Shown here: positions 6,914 to 15,922 of the stretch, piece by piece
How positions within the stretch are numbered: position 1 is the first letter of the stretch
How the letters are laid out: the number at the start of each line of letters is the position of its first letter
Assembly: GCA_020722415.1 (NCBI GenBank)
Contig: DYKV01000004.1
Coordinates: forward strand, 1 to 49,381
Direction: 5' to 3'
Source of the DNA: Anaerolinea sp.
GTDB lineage: Bacteria > Chloroflexota > Anaerolineae > Anaerolineales > UBA4823
DNA length: 49,381 bases
Position numbers and translations under genes: made by a program
Notes under the pieces: generated by a model
What the model was told of the DNA's origin: nothing
What the model saw: only the letters and a program-made list of their open reading frames with translations
Databases searched by the model: none

Positions 6914-8794
6914 GTGTTAACTAGTAACATACCTGGTGGTTCTTACAAAGAGTGGGGACTTGCCATAGAACTTAATTATGCAGGCCCTGCCGCGGACATA
7001 TCTTATACTCTAGATGGATCTAGTCCTGCTGGTAGCACGGCAATCGCATATACAAGCCCCATAAACATATCTGCCGGCAACGAAGCATTTAACATTTTTT
7101 TAATAAAAGCCCGAGCGGTAGAACAGATATCTGGACTTATAACTGATTTCCAGGCTGCGTATATCTTAGAAAGACCGATTGCATTGACTGCGTCAGTTGA
7201 GCACGGCTATCATGTGGACAAGACACCAATCGAGCTGACGGCCTCGGCTCCAGGCGCAGAAATTTATTATACTGTTGACGGGTCTGATGTTTTCGGCCCC
7301 AACGGCATTTTGACGAATGGTGCTGCTTTATACACAGCCCCGATTATGCCCCCATCTAATGAATTTTACTTAAGAGCAGCAGCTGTGAGTGACTATTTGC
7401 TGCCGACAGCCGAGTATTCAAACTTAATTAATAATTATTATCGCTACGAAGACGATATTTTATTCTTAGATGCGAGTCCGGCCGGGGGCGTCTTTCCACA
7501 AGTAAGCCTTGATGTCACTTTAGCAACTAACAACGACGCAGAGATTAAGTTTACTCTAGATGGTACCAGTCCATTAAATGACAGCGCCCTTACTTATCAG
7601 TCCCCCATAAACCTGAGCACTACTTTAGATAGTCAGACTTTTAGACTCAGAGCTATCGCAATATCTGACAGGCTCATATCTCAGCCAATCGATGCGAGCT
7701 ACACGCTTTATAATTATAATTCTGACGCTGACAAAGATGAGATCCCAAACGGCCTCGAGGGCGGACCAGAGACAGACACAGATTCTGACGGGCAGCCTGA
7801 CATGCTGGATATAGACTCGGATAATGATGGCATGCCAGATTATTTAGAAGGGACAGTCGATGCTGACGCGAATAACATTCCGGCCTTCCAAGATCCGACT
7901 GAACAGTTGCTTTTCTGGTATTCTATCACAGGCTTGCCTGAAGATGGTGCACTTATAAATGGCAAGCAGTATGAAATAAAAGTGCTTTGCTATGGCGGCG
8001 TTGGGCACTTAGAAATAATTTCCGAGCACCCGGCTTTAATTTTTTCTGAGGCAAACACAGACATCCAGCCAGGTGAAGAGAAAATAATTCATATGTATGT
8101 GCCGGAAGTTATGGAAAACAAATGCTCACCGCTATGGCACCTGGGCGCCTTCCCAGTCAGGTTTATTATGTCGCATTTAGAAGGCGGCGTAACTGTCTCT
8201 GAGGAGACTTTACGAAATTACAGCACTATTGCATACACGAGTGAAATTCCATACCGAGGCAACTTAGTTGTCTGGGAGAAAGTGAACAATGCTTCTAGCT
8301 ATAATATTTATAGAAAAAATATTGGCGAGACGGATTTTGAGCGCATAGACTTCAGATTGCACGACAGTTACCACACACATCAGAACACCCAGCAATATTT
8401 AGACAGGACCGGGGAAGTTCTATCCCAATACCGAATTTCTGCCGTTATATCCGGTGTAGAAACTAAGCTGAGTAACATAATGCACGCATCGAATTGTGTG
8501 TTAGACTACTGTACAGTCTCAGGCCACTTAAGTAATATAAACAATAAGCCGATGCCAGAAATCAGAGTCACTGCCCGGTTAGATAAGCCGGTATTTATGC
8601 GCAGCAACACGCTTGCAAATGCATACGAGCTACATACTTACACGGATGCGTTCGGGCAGTTTAACTTAGATTTGCCCAAAGGCAGTGTTTGCATTCTTAA
8701 AATAGAACAGGCTGGCCTTAGAGAAAAGCTAGAGATCCCAATGATGGATTTTATCGATCTAGAGGATTTAATAAGGCTCAATAAAGGAGAATAA
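6914..8794 (+). CDS. Multidomain virion adhesin/decoration-like protein
   Basis: Three CHB_HEX_C-like repeats (ISYTLDGSSP..YTSPINIS; IYYTVDGSD..YTAPIMP; IKFTLDGTSP..YQSPINLS). Thrombospondin-type-3-like Ca-binding D-rich repeats (DTDSDGQPDMLDIDSDNDGMPDYLE). An FN3-like segment (VVWEKVNNASSYNIYRK) and a CarboxypepD_reg-like C-terminus. GTG start with a G-rich RBS. Confidence 0.75.
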   Translation: MLTSNIPGGSYKEWGLAIELNYAGPAADISYTLDGSSPAGSTAIAYTSPINISAGNEAFNIFLIKARAVEQISGLITDFQAAYILERPIALTASVEHGYHVDKTPIELTASAPGAEIYYTVDGSDVFGPNGILTNGAALYTAPIMPPSNEFYLRAAAVSDYLLPTAEYSNLINNYYRYEDDILFLDASPAGGVFPQVSLDVTLATNNDAEIKFTLDGTSPLNDSALTYQSPINLSTTLDSQTFRLRAIAISDRLISQPIDASYTLYNYNSDADKDEIPNGLEGGPETDTDSDGQPDMLDIDSDNDGMPDYLEGTVDADANNIPAFQDPTEQLLFWYSITGLPEDGALINGKQYEIKVLCYGGVGHLEIISEHPALIFSEANTDIQPGEEKIIHMYVPEVMENKCSPLWHLGAFPVRFIMSHLEGGVTVSEETLRNYSTIAYTSEIPYRGNLVVWEKVNNASSYNIYRKNIGETDFERIDFRLHDSYHTHQNTQQYLDRTGEVLSQYRISAVISGVETKLSNIMHASNCVLDYCTVSGHLSNINNKPMPEIRVTARLDKPVFMRSNTLANAYELHTYTDAFGQFNLDLPKGSVCILKIEQAGLREKLEIPMMDFIDLEDLIRLNKGE

Positions 8795-8796
8795 AC

Positions 8797-9213
8797 ATGG
8801 ATTTACAGTTAGATTTAGCGAAAGATTTGGTAATCATTTACGGCTGGTCGCTCAGCCTATCGACCCTGCTCATCTGGGTGTCGGCCATGATCGGCATGCT
8901 GGCAAACTTGCTCTATAACCGGCACATGTATTTAACTTTCTATAAAGAGAACAAACTTAACGAAATCGCAAAAGATGCATTCATGGCTGCTGAGAAAGTT
9001 GCAAAGCTAACTCCCATGAAAAGCGACGATAAGCTGCTTTTTTATTTAAAACAAGCCTTTAAAGCTTTTAAAATTACTTTCAAACGCAAACCCAGTGCCT
9101 CCGAAGTTATAGAACTCGAGGCCAAAGCGGCTGCCCTGGCTAATAAAGATAAAGTCATAAAGTTAGCCAATAAAACTATCTTAGATGCAGCTAAGGGGGC
9201 TCCGAATGCCTAA
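8797..9213 (+). CDS. Membrane-anchored protein, weakly Holin_LLH-like
   Basis: N-terminal TM (WSLSLSTLLIWVSAMIGMLANLL) followed by a long helical region. RBS AAAGGAG. The holin call is tentative. Confidence 0.6.
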   Translation: MDLQLDLAKDLVIIYGWSLSLSTLLIWVSAMIGMLANLLYNRHMYLTFYKENKLNEIAKDAFMAAEKVAKLTPMKSDDKLLFYLKQAFKAFKITFKRKPSASEVIELEAKAAALANKDKVIKLANKTILDAAKGAPNA

Positions 9214-10126
9214 TCTTTTTGTTCCAAGTAACTTGCGCATAACTGATGTGCTGGGGGATAGCGCTGTAATTGCCTGGGACATAAGCAACGCAGTAAAGTC
9301 CCGCCCCGGAGTACGATTCCGGGTTTATACGTCTGCCGACGGCGTAGCATTCACGCTGTTTGATTCATATATTCGGCAAGAGGCATCCGTGCCATTAAAG
9401 AGTGCGAGTAAATTTGTCAAGGTGAGCAGCTATACACCTACTTTGGGCGAGTCGGACAAAAGTGCTGTCTTGGAGATACGAGGCCCGGAGACCCTAGCCC
9501 AGTATGAGACACCGACCCCGGTGGCGGTAGACGAGGCCGGCAAAAGTCGGTATCTGAAAACTACTTCTGATGGCAAGTTAGAGGTCAAAGCCGAGTTCAC
9601 CGATTTAATCTTGTCAGGCGTCAGCACAGAGGCCAAGCAAGATGCGGTAATTAGTCTGCTTACGGACCTGAAAAGCTACTCATCACCGGGCTTGGCTAAG
9701 GAGGCCAAACAGGACTCGATCCTACTGCAGCTCATATCACAAAGTAATACCCTGAGCGAAATACGGGCGAACACCGAAGTTGGAAATTTAACTATATCAG
9801 AGACAGAGATGCTCTCAGTTACTCCGGCTGGAAGCAAAGCGACTGTTTTGTTTCCATCAAGAGCTAACATACGGCAGATAACCGTTATACAAGAATTTGG
9901 CATAGCTGAGAGCTTTTCCGTAAGAATCTGGCGAAAGAAAGTAAGTGCGAGCGACCGAGATATTTTGGCCAAGTTTGATTCTTATCAAGAAAACCGACTT
10001 GACGTTATCAAGACGATTCCGTATATAAACTTAGACGGAACTGACGAAATAACGATTCAGGTTATTCCGGACAATGGCACCAGTAATAATTTTTATGTTC
10101 GTATATCAGGCGAACTAGCTTACTAA
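9206..10126 (+). CDS. Fibre-like structural protein, paralogue group A (FN3-like N-terminus)
   Basis: ATG at 9206 with RBS AAGGGGG. The N-terminus NLRITDVLGDSAVIAWD.. and DEAGKSRYLKTTSDGKLEVKA parallel the 13591..15354 protein. Repeats STEAKQDAVISLL / LAKEAKQDSILLQL. Confidence 0.7.
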   Translation: MPNLFVPSNLRITDVLGDSAVIAWDISNAVKSRPGVRFRVYTSADGVAFTLFDSYIRQEASVPLKSASKFVKVSSYTPTLGESDKSAVLEIRGPETLAQYETPTPVAVDEAGKSRYLKTTSDGKLEVKAEFTDLILSGVSTEAKQDAVISLLTDLKSYSSPGLAKEAKQDSILLQLISQSNTLSEIRANTEVGNLTISETEMLSVTPAGSKATVLFPSRANIRQITVIQEFGIAESFSVRIWRKKVSASDRDILAKFDSYQENRLDVIKTIPYINLDGTDEITIQVIPDNGTSNNFYVRISGELAY

Positions 10127-10141
10127 TTAGGAGAGTAATTC

Positions 10142-11695
10142 ATGGCTGACGAAAGACTATTTCCCTTAACCCCGACGGACATCAGACTCAAAAAAGATCT
10201 GGGCCAGGACAGTTCTACTAATAACTACTCGGCGCATGCTAAGTTAGATATCACACAGACTACCGCTAACGAAATCTTAACAGATACCGCTGATATCCAG
10301 CCTAGACTCATAACTGTAGAGGCCGATGTCGCTAATGTTCAGACAAGTGTGGATGAACTCCAAACCAACCTAACTAGCATCGACACGAGACTCACAGATC
10401 CTACAACTGGTCTGGCAGCTATTGCCACTAAAGCAGACAATATATTTGCCGAAGTAGACGATATCGAAGAAAATCTTGGGACTCCAACTTCTGGAACTGT
10501 CGCGTCCCATGTAGAATCTGTCGAGGCCAAACTAGGCACTCCGACTTCCGGGACTGTTGCCTCCCACGTAGAAGCCGTAGAAAACTTAATTGGTCTTCCG
10601 TCGAACGGCACAGTTTCTGCAGACATCTCCCAGTTAGATTCTAAGCTGGGCCAGATCCAGAATAACACCAGGACAGTAATCGCACTCAACACAGAACTTG
10701 AGATACCACCGGTCGGGCAGACTAAATACTTTAAACTGATTCTGACAAACTATGACACAGTCGGCAATATGGAAGAGCCGGACCTGGCTCCGGTTCTAAA
10801 TGTAGAAACCGCTAACGGCGTGTCTAAAGATAGTAACGTTGGTGATTGGGACGGTACAACTTTTGCCCAAGGCACATCAATGATCAAAATCTCGGATGGC
10901 CGCTACTACACTTTCTATCGCGTCCCAGCAACCGAAACTGTGAACACTCAGCTTGTTTTCAACTTTACAATCGTGGAAGGTGGCCTGACTCGATTTATCG
11001 TAAGAACGGCACTAATCGTTCCCGAGATCTCAGCATCTTTTACTGCGTCAGATAGAATTGTACTCAACGGAATCGACACTAATGTAGAAGATATTCAGAC
11101 CAAGTTGGGGACCCCCAGTACCACTGTATCCGGTGATATAGCTGCTGTGAAGGCTCAGACACAGAGTATCGAAAGCAAGACCGACATCATTGATGCAAAT
11201 CTAGACACAGTAAAAGACAGTCTTATCCCGGAAATCAGAACCAAGTCGGCTGGTGTTTTTGACCGAGAGACTATGTCTCTAGAAGCTCTGGCAGAGGTCA
11301 TGAGCGTCATTGCCGAGTCATCGTTGCGGAAGATCTGGAATGCAGACAAAATATCAGGGACGATTGCCGCTTCTGGCGGCGTTGAAACTGTTGTTATGTC
11401 CGACACCGAAGGTGTCTACTCAATTGCAGGCGTGTTAAACGCCTTCAAAGTAAATCCGACTACTACGTGTAGAAAATTTACAGTCGAAATCTTCGAGGAT
11501 AATGCACTTAATAATTTGCTGGCTAAAGTGAGCGACTGGGACAGCCTGAATGATGGGCAGTTAAACGTCTGCATCAACCGAGATTATATAAATGCAAATG
11601 CAGAAAAGAAGCTGTATGTGAAAATAACTAACGACAGCACCACACCTGCGTCCTTCGTCGTCTCATTGAGAGGCGAGCGCGGATTTGTGGCCTGA
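10142..11695 (+). CDS. Tail fibre-like protein with tandem 19-aa repeats
   Basis: 517 aa with RBS AGGAG. N-terminal coiled segments, then LGTPTSGTVASHVE(S/A)VE repeats. The C-terminal domain ends like the other fibre paralogues. Confidence 0.75.
   Translation: MADERLFPLTPTDIRLKKDLGQDSSTNNYSAHAKLDITQTTANEILTDTADIQPRLITVEADVANVQTSVDELQTNLTSIDTRLTDPTTGLAAIATKADNIFAEVDDIEENLGTPTSGTVASHVESVEAKLGTPTSGTVASHVEAVENLIGLPSNGTVSADISQLDSKLGQIQNNTRTVIALNTELEIPPVGQTKYFKLILTNYDTVGNMEEPDLAPVLNVETANGVSKDSNVGDWDGTTFAQGTSMIKISDGRYYTFYRVPATETVNTQLVFNFTIVEGGLTRFIVRTALIVPEISASFTASDRIVLNGIDTNVEDIQTKLGTPSTTVSGDIAAVKAQTQSIESKTDIIDANLDTVKDSLIPEIRTKSAGVFDRETMSLEALAEVMSVIAESSLRKIWNADKISGTIAASGGVETVVMSDTEGVYSIAGVLNAFKVNPTTTCRKFTVEIFEDNALNNLLAKVSDWDSLNDGQLNVCINRDYINANAEKKLYVKITNDSTTPASFVVSLRGERGFVA
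10475..10645 (+). repeat. Three tandem 57-nt (19-codon) repeats inside the fibre gene
   Basis: LGTPTSGTVASHVESVEAK / LGTPTSGTVASHVEAVENL / IGLPSNGTVSADISQLDSK. Confidence 0.8.
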
Positions 11696-11708
11696 CACAA
11701 TGCTTGCT

Positions 11709-11746
11709 AAGTGATGGGCTTTAATGGTATATTAGGCCCATCACTT
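11709..11746 (+). terminator. Strong hairpin after the fibre gene (possible terminator/attenuator)
   Basis: 11-bp perfect stem AAGTGATGGGC/GCCCATCACTT with a 16-nt loop. The T-tail is weak (ATGTTTAC). Confidence 0.45.
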
Positions 11747-11765
11747 ATGTTTACTAGGAGGTGTG

Positions 11766-12731
11766 ATGGGTTATATTAACACTCCCACAGGAATGGTTCA
11801 CCTGGTGCGGGACACTGTGGATGCATTGCAGGGCACTGTAGGTCTTCCATCAAACATAAATAGGTTTGTTACCAGCGAAGATCCTAGTCTTACGAATGAC
11901 CGCATCGCCAGCTATCTTAGAAGCACTAGCACCGTTATAGACATTTTCAATTCCCCGGCCCCTAGTGCAGGACAGGTGCTAACAGCACAGTCTAGCACTA
12001 ACGCTATCTGGGTAACGCCCCCAGAATATGCATTGTTGACTAACTCATCCCCACAGCAACTAATAGTACTAGCAACCGGTGCGGTTGGTACCAGTTCCGA
12101 AGCTGCAAGGGCAGATCACAGGCACGGCTTCTTAATTGATAGTCCAGTTAGTGTTGGAGCCACTGCCTCACCGGGCGTGAGCACTGCATTTGTCAGAGCG
12201 GACCACGTCCACCCCGGCCTAAGTCGGGACGCCAATGATTTTGGTCTTTTCACTGAGAAAACTATCACAAGCCTAGATGACTACCTAATCATCGAAGATT
12301 CGCAAGATAATTATAATAAAAAGCGTATTAGGCTAAATAACATACAAGCTGCAGGATCCGGCATGATTGAGAAGGCACAGTACAGCTTTAATGAGACGCC
12401 GGCACAGCTTGGCACGGCCTGGGCCATGTATCACACTTTCACGACTAACGTGGTTGACTTAGGATCTTTTAGATTTGGGTGGTCGTATGAGTTTGACTCC
12501 ACATCGAGAAACACGTCAGGCGATTTCCAAATTATAATTGATGGCATCATCGTTCAGAAGATAAGCATGACTCCGCGTCGGGCATCTGACACGGTCCAGG
12601 CTTCAGGATTTAAGTACCGAAGCTATTTAACATCGGGCACGCATACAATTACGATTTTAGCTAAAAAATCAGGTCCAGGCACAGTTATAATAAATCGCGT
12701 TGATTTTGAAGTCTGGAAGACGAATATTTAA
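11766..12731 (+). CDS. Tail fibre / receptor-binding-like protein
   Basis: ATG at 11766, 4 nt after AGGAGG. Duplicated motif ..SSEAARADHRHG.. / ..STAFVRADHVHPG.., which I recall from phage fibre proteins. Beta-rich C-terminus. Confidence 0.65.
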   Translation: MGYINTPTGMVHLVRDTVDALQGTVGLPSNINRFVTSEDPSLTNDRIASYLRSTSTVIDIFNSPAPSAGQVLTAQSSTNAIWVTPPEYALLTNSSPQQLIVLATGAVGTSSEAARADHRHGFLIDSPVSVGATASPGVSTAFVRADHVHPGLSRDANDFGLFTEKTITSLDDYLIIEDSQDNYNKKRIRLNNIQAAGSGMIEKAQYSFNETPAQLGTAWAMYHTFTTNVVDLGSFRFGWSYEFDSTSRNTSGDFQIIIDGIIVQKISMTPRRASDTVQASGFKYRSYLTSGTHTITILAKKSGPGTVIINRVDFEVWKTNI

Positions 12732-12744
12732 CGAGGGATAAGAA

Positions 12745-13572
12745 ATGGAAAAGATTTATATTTTTGAAAAACCTGACGTAAACATCTCACAGCTAGAGAC
12801 AGAGATTGCGGCTAGTCCAACTATCCTAACTGGCGTGGTTTCTGTTATTTTACGTGGAACTCAGCTATACGTTACCATGAAAGATGAACTGCCGACTGCC
12901 GAAAACGATGCACTGGCGCAGCTAGTGTCTAATCACGTTGCTAAATTCGTACCAGATCAACGCCTGGTAATGGCGTCGATTGTGGAAAACGAAAAGTATG
13001 CAAGCCTCGGCATAGAGTTGAGTTACAGGCTAAAGCCATTCTTATTTGATATTCCTGCCGGTGTAGCCGAGCATGCCTTCGAAATAAGTTTCAAGTACCC
13101 AATTATACTTCTCGGAGGAACTGTAGATATCCACCCAGATATGATTGGGGACTCAATGCGATACTGCACGTTAGCGCCCACTCCAATAGGCCAGCTGGCT
13201 TTTGAAGCTACTGAAAGCTCTGATGAAATATATGTAGTCAAGGACCAAGGGGAGCACTGCTTCAAAGGTATGGATGTGTTAATAAATAACGAGCATGTCG
13301 GCAGGATCATAAGTATTAACCGTGGAATTGAAACTGATAAGCTAGTGCTGGATTCTAATTTGACACAGGCTTATGCGGTCGGTAGCATCCTTTCGATTGC
13401 ATATACTACAGTCGAGAAGTATTTAGTCACTGCTGCTCCGATAGTTTTATGGGTGAGCCGAGATACTGACCGTGGAGCAATAGTAAACGCTAACCAAAAA
13501 ATGCGATTTACTTACTGGAATACTAACGGCCTTGCCAAAAAAGTCCAATTTGCAACCGAGTACTATTCTTAA
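12745..13572 (+). CDS. Hypothetical structural-module protein
   Basis: 275-aa ORF with RBS GAGGG, sitting between fibre genes. Confidence 0.6.
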   Translation: MEKIYIFEKPDVNISQLETEIAASPTILTGVVSVILRGTQLYVTMKDELPTAENDALAQLVSNHVAKFVPDQRLVMASIVENEKYASLGIELSYRLKPFLFDIPAGVAEHAFEISFKYPIILLGGTVDIHPDMIGDSMRYCTLAPTPIGQLAFEATESSDEIYVVKDQGEHCFKGMDVLINNEHVGRIISINRGIETDKLVLDSNLTQAYAVGSILSIAYTTVEKYLVTAAPIVLWVSRDTDRGAIVNANQKMRFTYWNTNGLAKKVQFATEYYS

Positions 13573-13590
13573 CAACAACAGGAGTCCAGT

Positions 13591-15354
13591 ATGTCAGAAT
13601 CACTAAGAGCTACAAATCTGAGAATTATAAAATATCTACAGGGCTCTGTTGAAATCGCCTGGGATGACGTAAGTAACTTAAGTAACTTGCTGTTCTATAA
13701 AGTCAAGGCACTAAATATTAGCACCGGCTTGTGGGATGAGTTTACAAACACAAAATCAAATACGGCTGCTATTTTCGGCGATTATTCCGCAGTCAAGATC
13801 GAAGCCGTTTTTTACAGCTCTGTCGGACCTGAATCGGATATTTTAGCAATAGCATTAAAAAACGCATCTGACATACACACGCCCGTGCTAGTCGGTCGTG
13901 ATGAGTCTGGTCAGGCTAGGTTTATAGCAACGACACCCGAGGGTATTGTAAAAGTTACAGGTGCCACGGTTACTAACACAGGCGGGGACGCTAGTGCTGC
14001 TAACCAAGTCACTCAGATCAATGCAACTAACACTGGGAACAGCACTTTAAGTAGTATTTTGTCTGAGCTGGCAGTGATTCTGGCCAAACTTAGTTCAGTG
14101 GGACTGTCCGCGGCAAGTATAAGCGCACTACAAAGCACATCAGTAAACAACTTCCCAAGTAATTATCCAGATAACGCCACCTCTGCTAAACTAGACAGCT
14201 TACTTAGCCTGGTTGCCAGTGATGCAAATTTACAATCGTTGCTGTTAGAGCTAAGCAAAAAAGTAAATAAAACAGATCTCAGCCTGGATGGTGCTGGGCG
14301 TGTAAATAGTAACATAGTCAACTTTCCAAGTGATTACCCAGACAGTAACGCTGCAGCTCAGCTACTTGCGATTAGCAACACGCTGACAGACCTATTAAGC
14401 ACGTCAAACTCGTCCGCCATAGATTTAGATGTCGTCAGCACTAACGCTGTCGACGCCAATACTACACTATCCCAGATACTCGCCGCAGCTCAGTCATTAC
14501 AGCTATTGGCACAGAATATTGATACTCTCACTAGTGGGCTGCTCACCAATTCAGACGAAGCCGATGAAAAGCTAAGTACTTTAGTGTCCGGGGTTCTGTC
14601 TTTGATAGATAACACAGCTGGATTGCTAAAAATTAGCAATTTAAATATAAACTCAGGAGTCCTGGAGACGAGTGTGGCTAACTTTCCGAGCGATTACCCT
14701 AGTGCCACGGCCAACTCGATATTAAACTCGGTAAATAACCAGCTGTTACTTATCAACCAGGGCCTTGGTGTGCAACTTCAGAATGCTATTCCAACCGGTA
14801 ATAATAAAATAGGGATTGTATCCGTAGATGCTGTTCCTTTGGCAAGCAACGCCGCCACAGAAAGTAGTTTGTTAGAACTGAAAAACATGGTCAACGCAAT
14901 TGGAGCGTTAGTGACCGTAATAAAAAGTAACTCTGACGATATAAAGCTACAAGCTACTATTTCAAATAACTTTTTGAATAAGCTGTCGTCAGACCGAGCT
15001 ATGATATTGACACAAGATGTATCTCTGGTAGATACAGCCAGCACTAGAGTCAGGTTGCTGGACTTTTTTGACGCGGGGACTTTATCTTTACTGAGTACTT
15101 ATAAAAAGTATACGGCCAAGATTATAAGCTACGGACTACCCGTAAAAATAGTTATTGACGAAGAGACATCGTACGAGCAGACCAATTTTTATCACAAAAT
15201 AGCTGAGCTTAGCCTAAACACTCAAGAATGTAAATTCTTTGAATTTAACACCCCGATCCAAAACGTATCTTTTTATATAACTAAGCTCTTGTCAGGGAGC
15301 CTAGTGACTAACACTGCATTTGCAGTTCGCATAGTAATCTACGGGAGCTACTGA
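13591..15354 (+). CDS. Fibre-like structural protein, paralogue group A (long form)
   Basis: 587 aa with RBS AGGAG. N-terminus ATNLRIIKYLQGSVEIAWDD and DESGQARFIATTPEGIVKVTGA parallel 9206..10126. Three dispersed NFPS(N/D)YP(D/S) repeats, with N codons at 14149, 14320 and 14680. Confidence 0.75.
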   Translation: MSESLRATNLRIIKYLQGSVEIAWDDVSNLSNLLFYKVKALNISTGLWDEFTNTKSNTAAIFGDYSAVKIEAVFYSSVGPESDILAIALKNASDIHTPVLVGRDESGQARFIATTPEGIVKVTGATVTNTGGDASAANQVTQINATNTGNSTLSSILSELAVILAKLSSVGLSAASISALQSTSVNNFPSNYPDNATSAKLDSLLSLVASDANLQSLLLELSKKVNKTDLSLDGAGRVNSNIVNFPSDYPDSNAAAQLLAISNTLTDLLSTSNSSAIDLDVVSTNAVDANTTLSQILAAAQSLQLLAQNIDTLTSGLLTNSDEADEKLSTLVSGVLSLIDNTAGLLKISNLNINSGVLETSVANFPSDYPSATANSILNSVNNQLLLINQGLGVQLQNAIPTGNNKIGIVSVDAVPLASNAATESSLLELKNMVNAIGALVTVIKSNSDDIKLQATISNNFLNKLSSDRAMILTQDVSLVDTASTRVRLLDFFDAGTLSLLSTYKKYTAKIISYGLPVKIVIDEETSYEQTNFYHKIAELSLNTQECKFFEFNTPIQNVSFYITKLLSGSLVTNTAFAVRIVIYGSY

Positions 15355-15917
15355 TGAGAATTCCCAAGAAAGTAAAAAGTAACCATGACAAGCACGAAGT
15401 CTTTGAGAAAGCACTACCCGGGGACTTATTTTTCTCCAGGTCCAAAACCTTTGTATCCTGGTTAATTAGGAAAATAACAAAGTTTCATAGCTCGCATGTT
15501 TTTGTCAAGGTGAATGGCAGGACAGTTATAGAATCCGACATAGGTGGCGTGAATATCCACCCGGCCAAGAAATATTTAGATGATTACACGACAGAATTCG
15601 AGTGTGTGTCTCTGCCGAACAGTGTTTGTCGTAAAAAATTTATTGAAAATTTATCTGAAAAAATTGGCTGCTTTTATGACTATGGCATCTTACTTGGGGG
15701 CGTTATTAGCCGTGTTTTCCGCATTAACAGATGGCGGGATATGATATTTAATGCGGCCAGCAGGTATACCTGCAGTGAATACGTCGCTGAGGCGCTGAGC
15801 AATTCGGGTATGGATTTTACGTTACCTACTTCACAAATAACCCCGAAAGACCTATACTATTCTTTGAAGCGGAAGACTTCAGATAATTTAAATATGGCCC
15901 CTACCCAAAGGAGTTGA
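15354..15917 (+). CDS. Permuted papain-like amidase (Peptidase_C92 / YiiX-YaeF-like)
   Basis: GDLFFSRS...SSHVFV...VIESDIGGV...YTCSEYVAEAL is collinear with the C92 pattern. Start overlaps the preceding stop (TGATG). Confidence 0.7.
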   Translation: MRIPKKVKSNHDKHEVFEKALPGDLFFSRSKTFVSWLIRKITKFHSSHVFVKVNGRTVIESDIGGVNIHPAKKYLDDYTTEFECVSLPNSVCRKKFIENLSEKIGCFYDYGILLGGVISRVFRINRWRDMIFNAASRYTCSEYVAEALSNSGMDFTLPTSQITPKDLYYSLKRKTSDNLNMAPTQRS

Positions 15918-15922
15918 TAGAC

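Noticed and set aside
9206-15354. Diversity-generating retroelement or invertible cassette acting on the repeated fibre genes.
   Set aside because: No reverse transcriptase, template repeat, recombinase or flanking inverted repeats could be found in the window.
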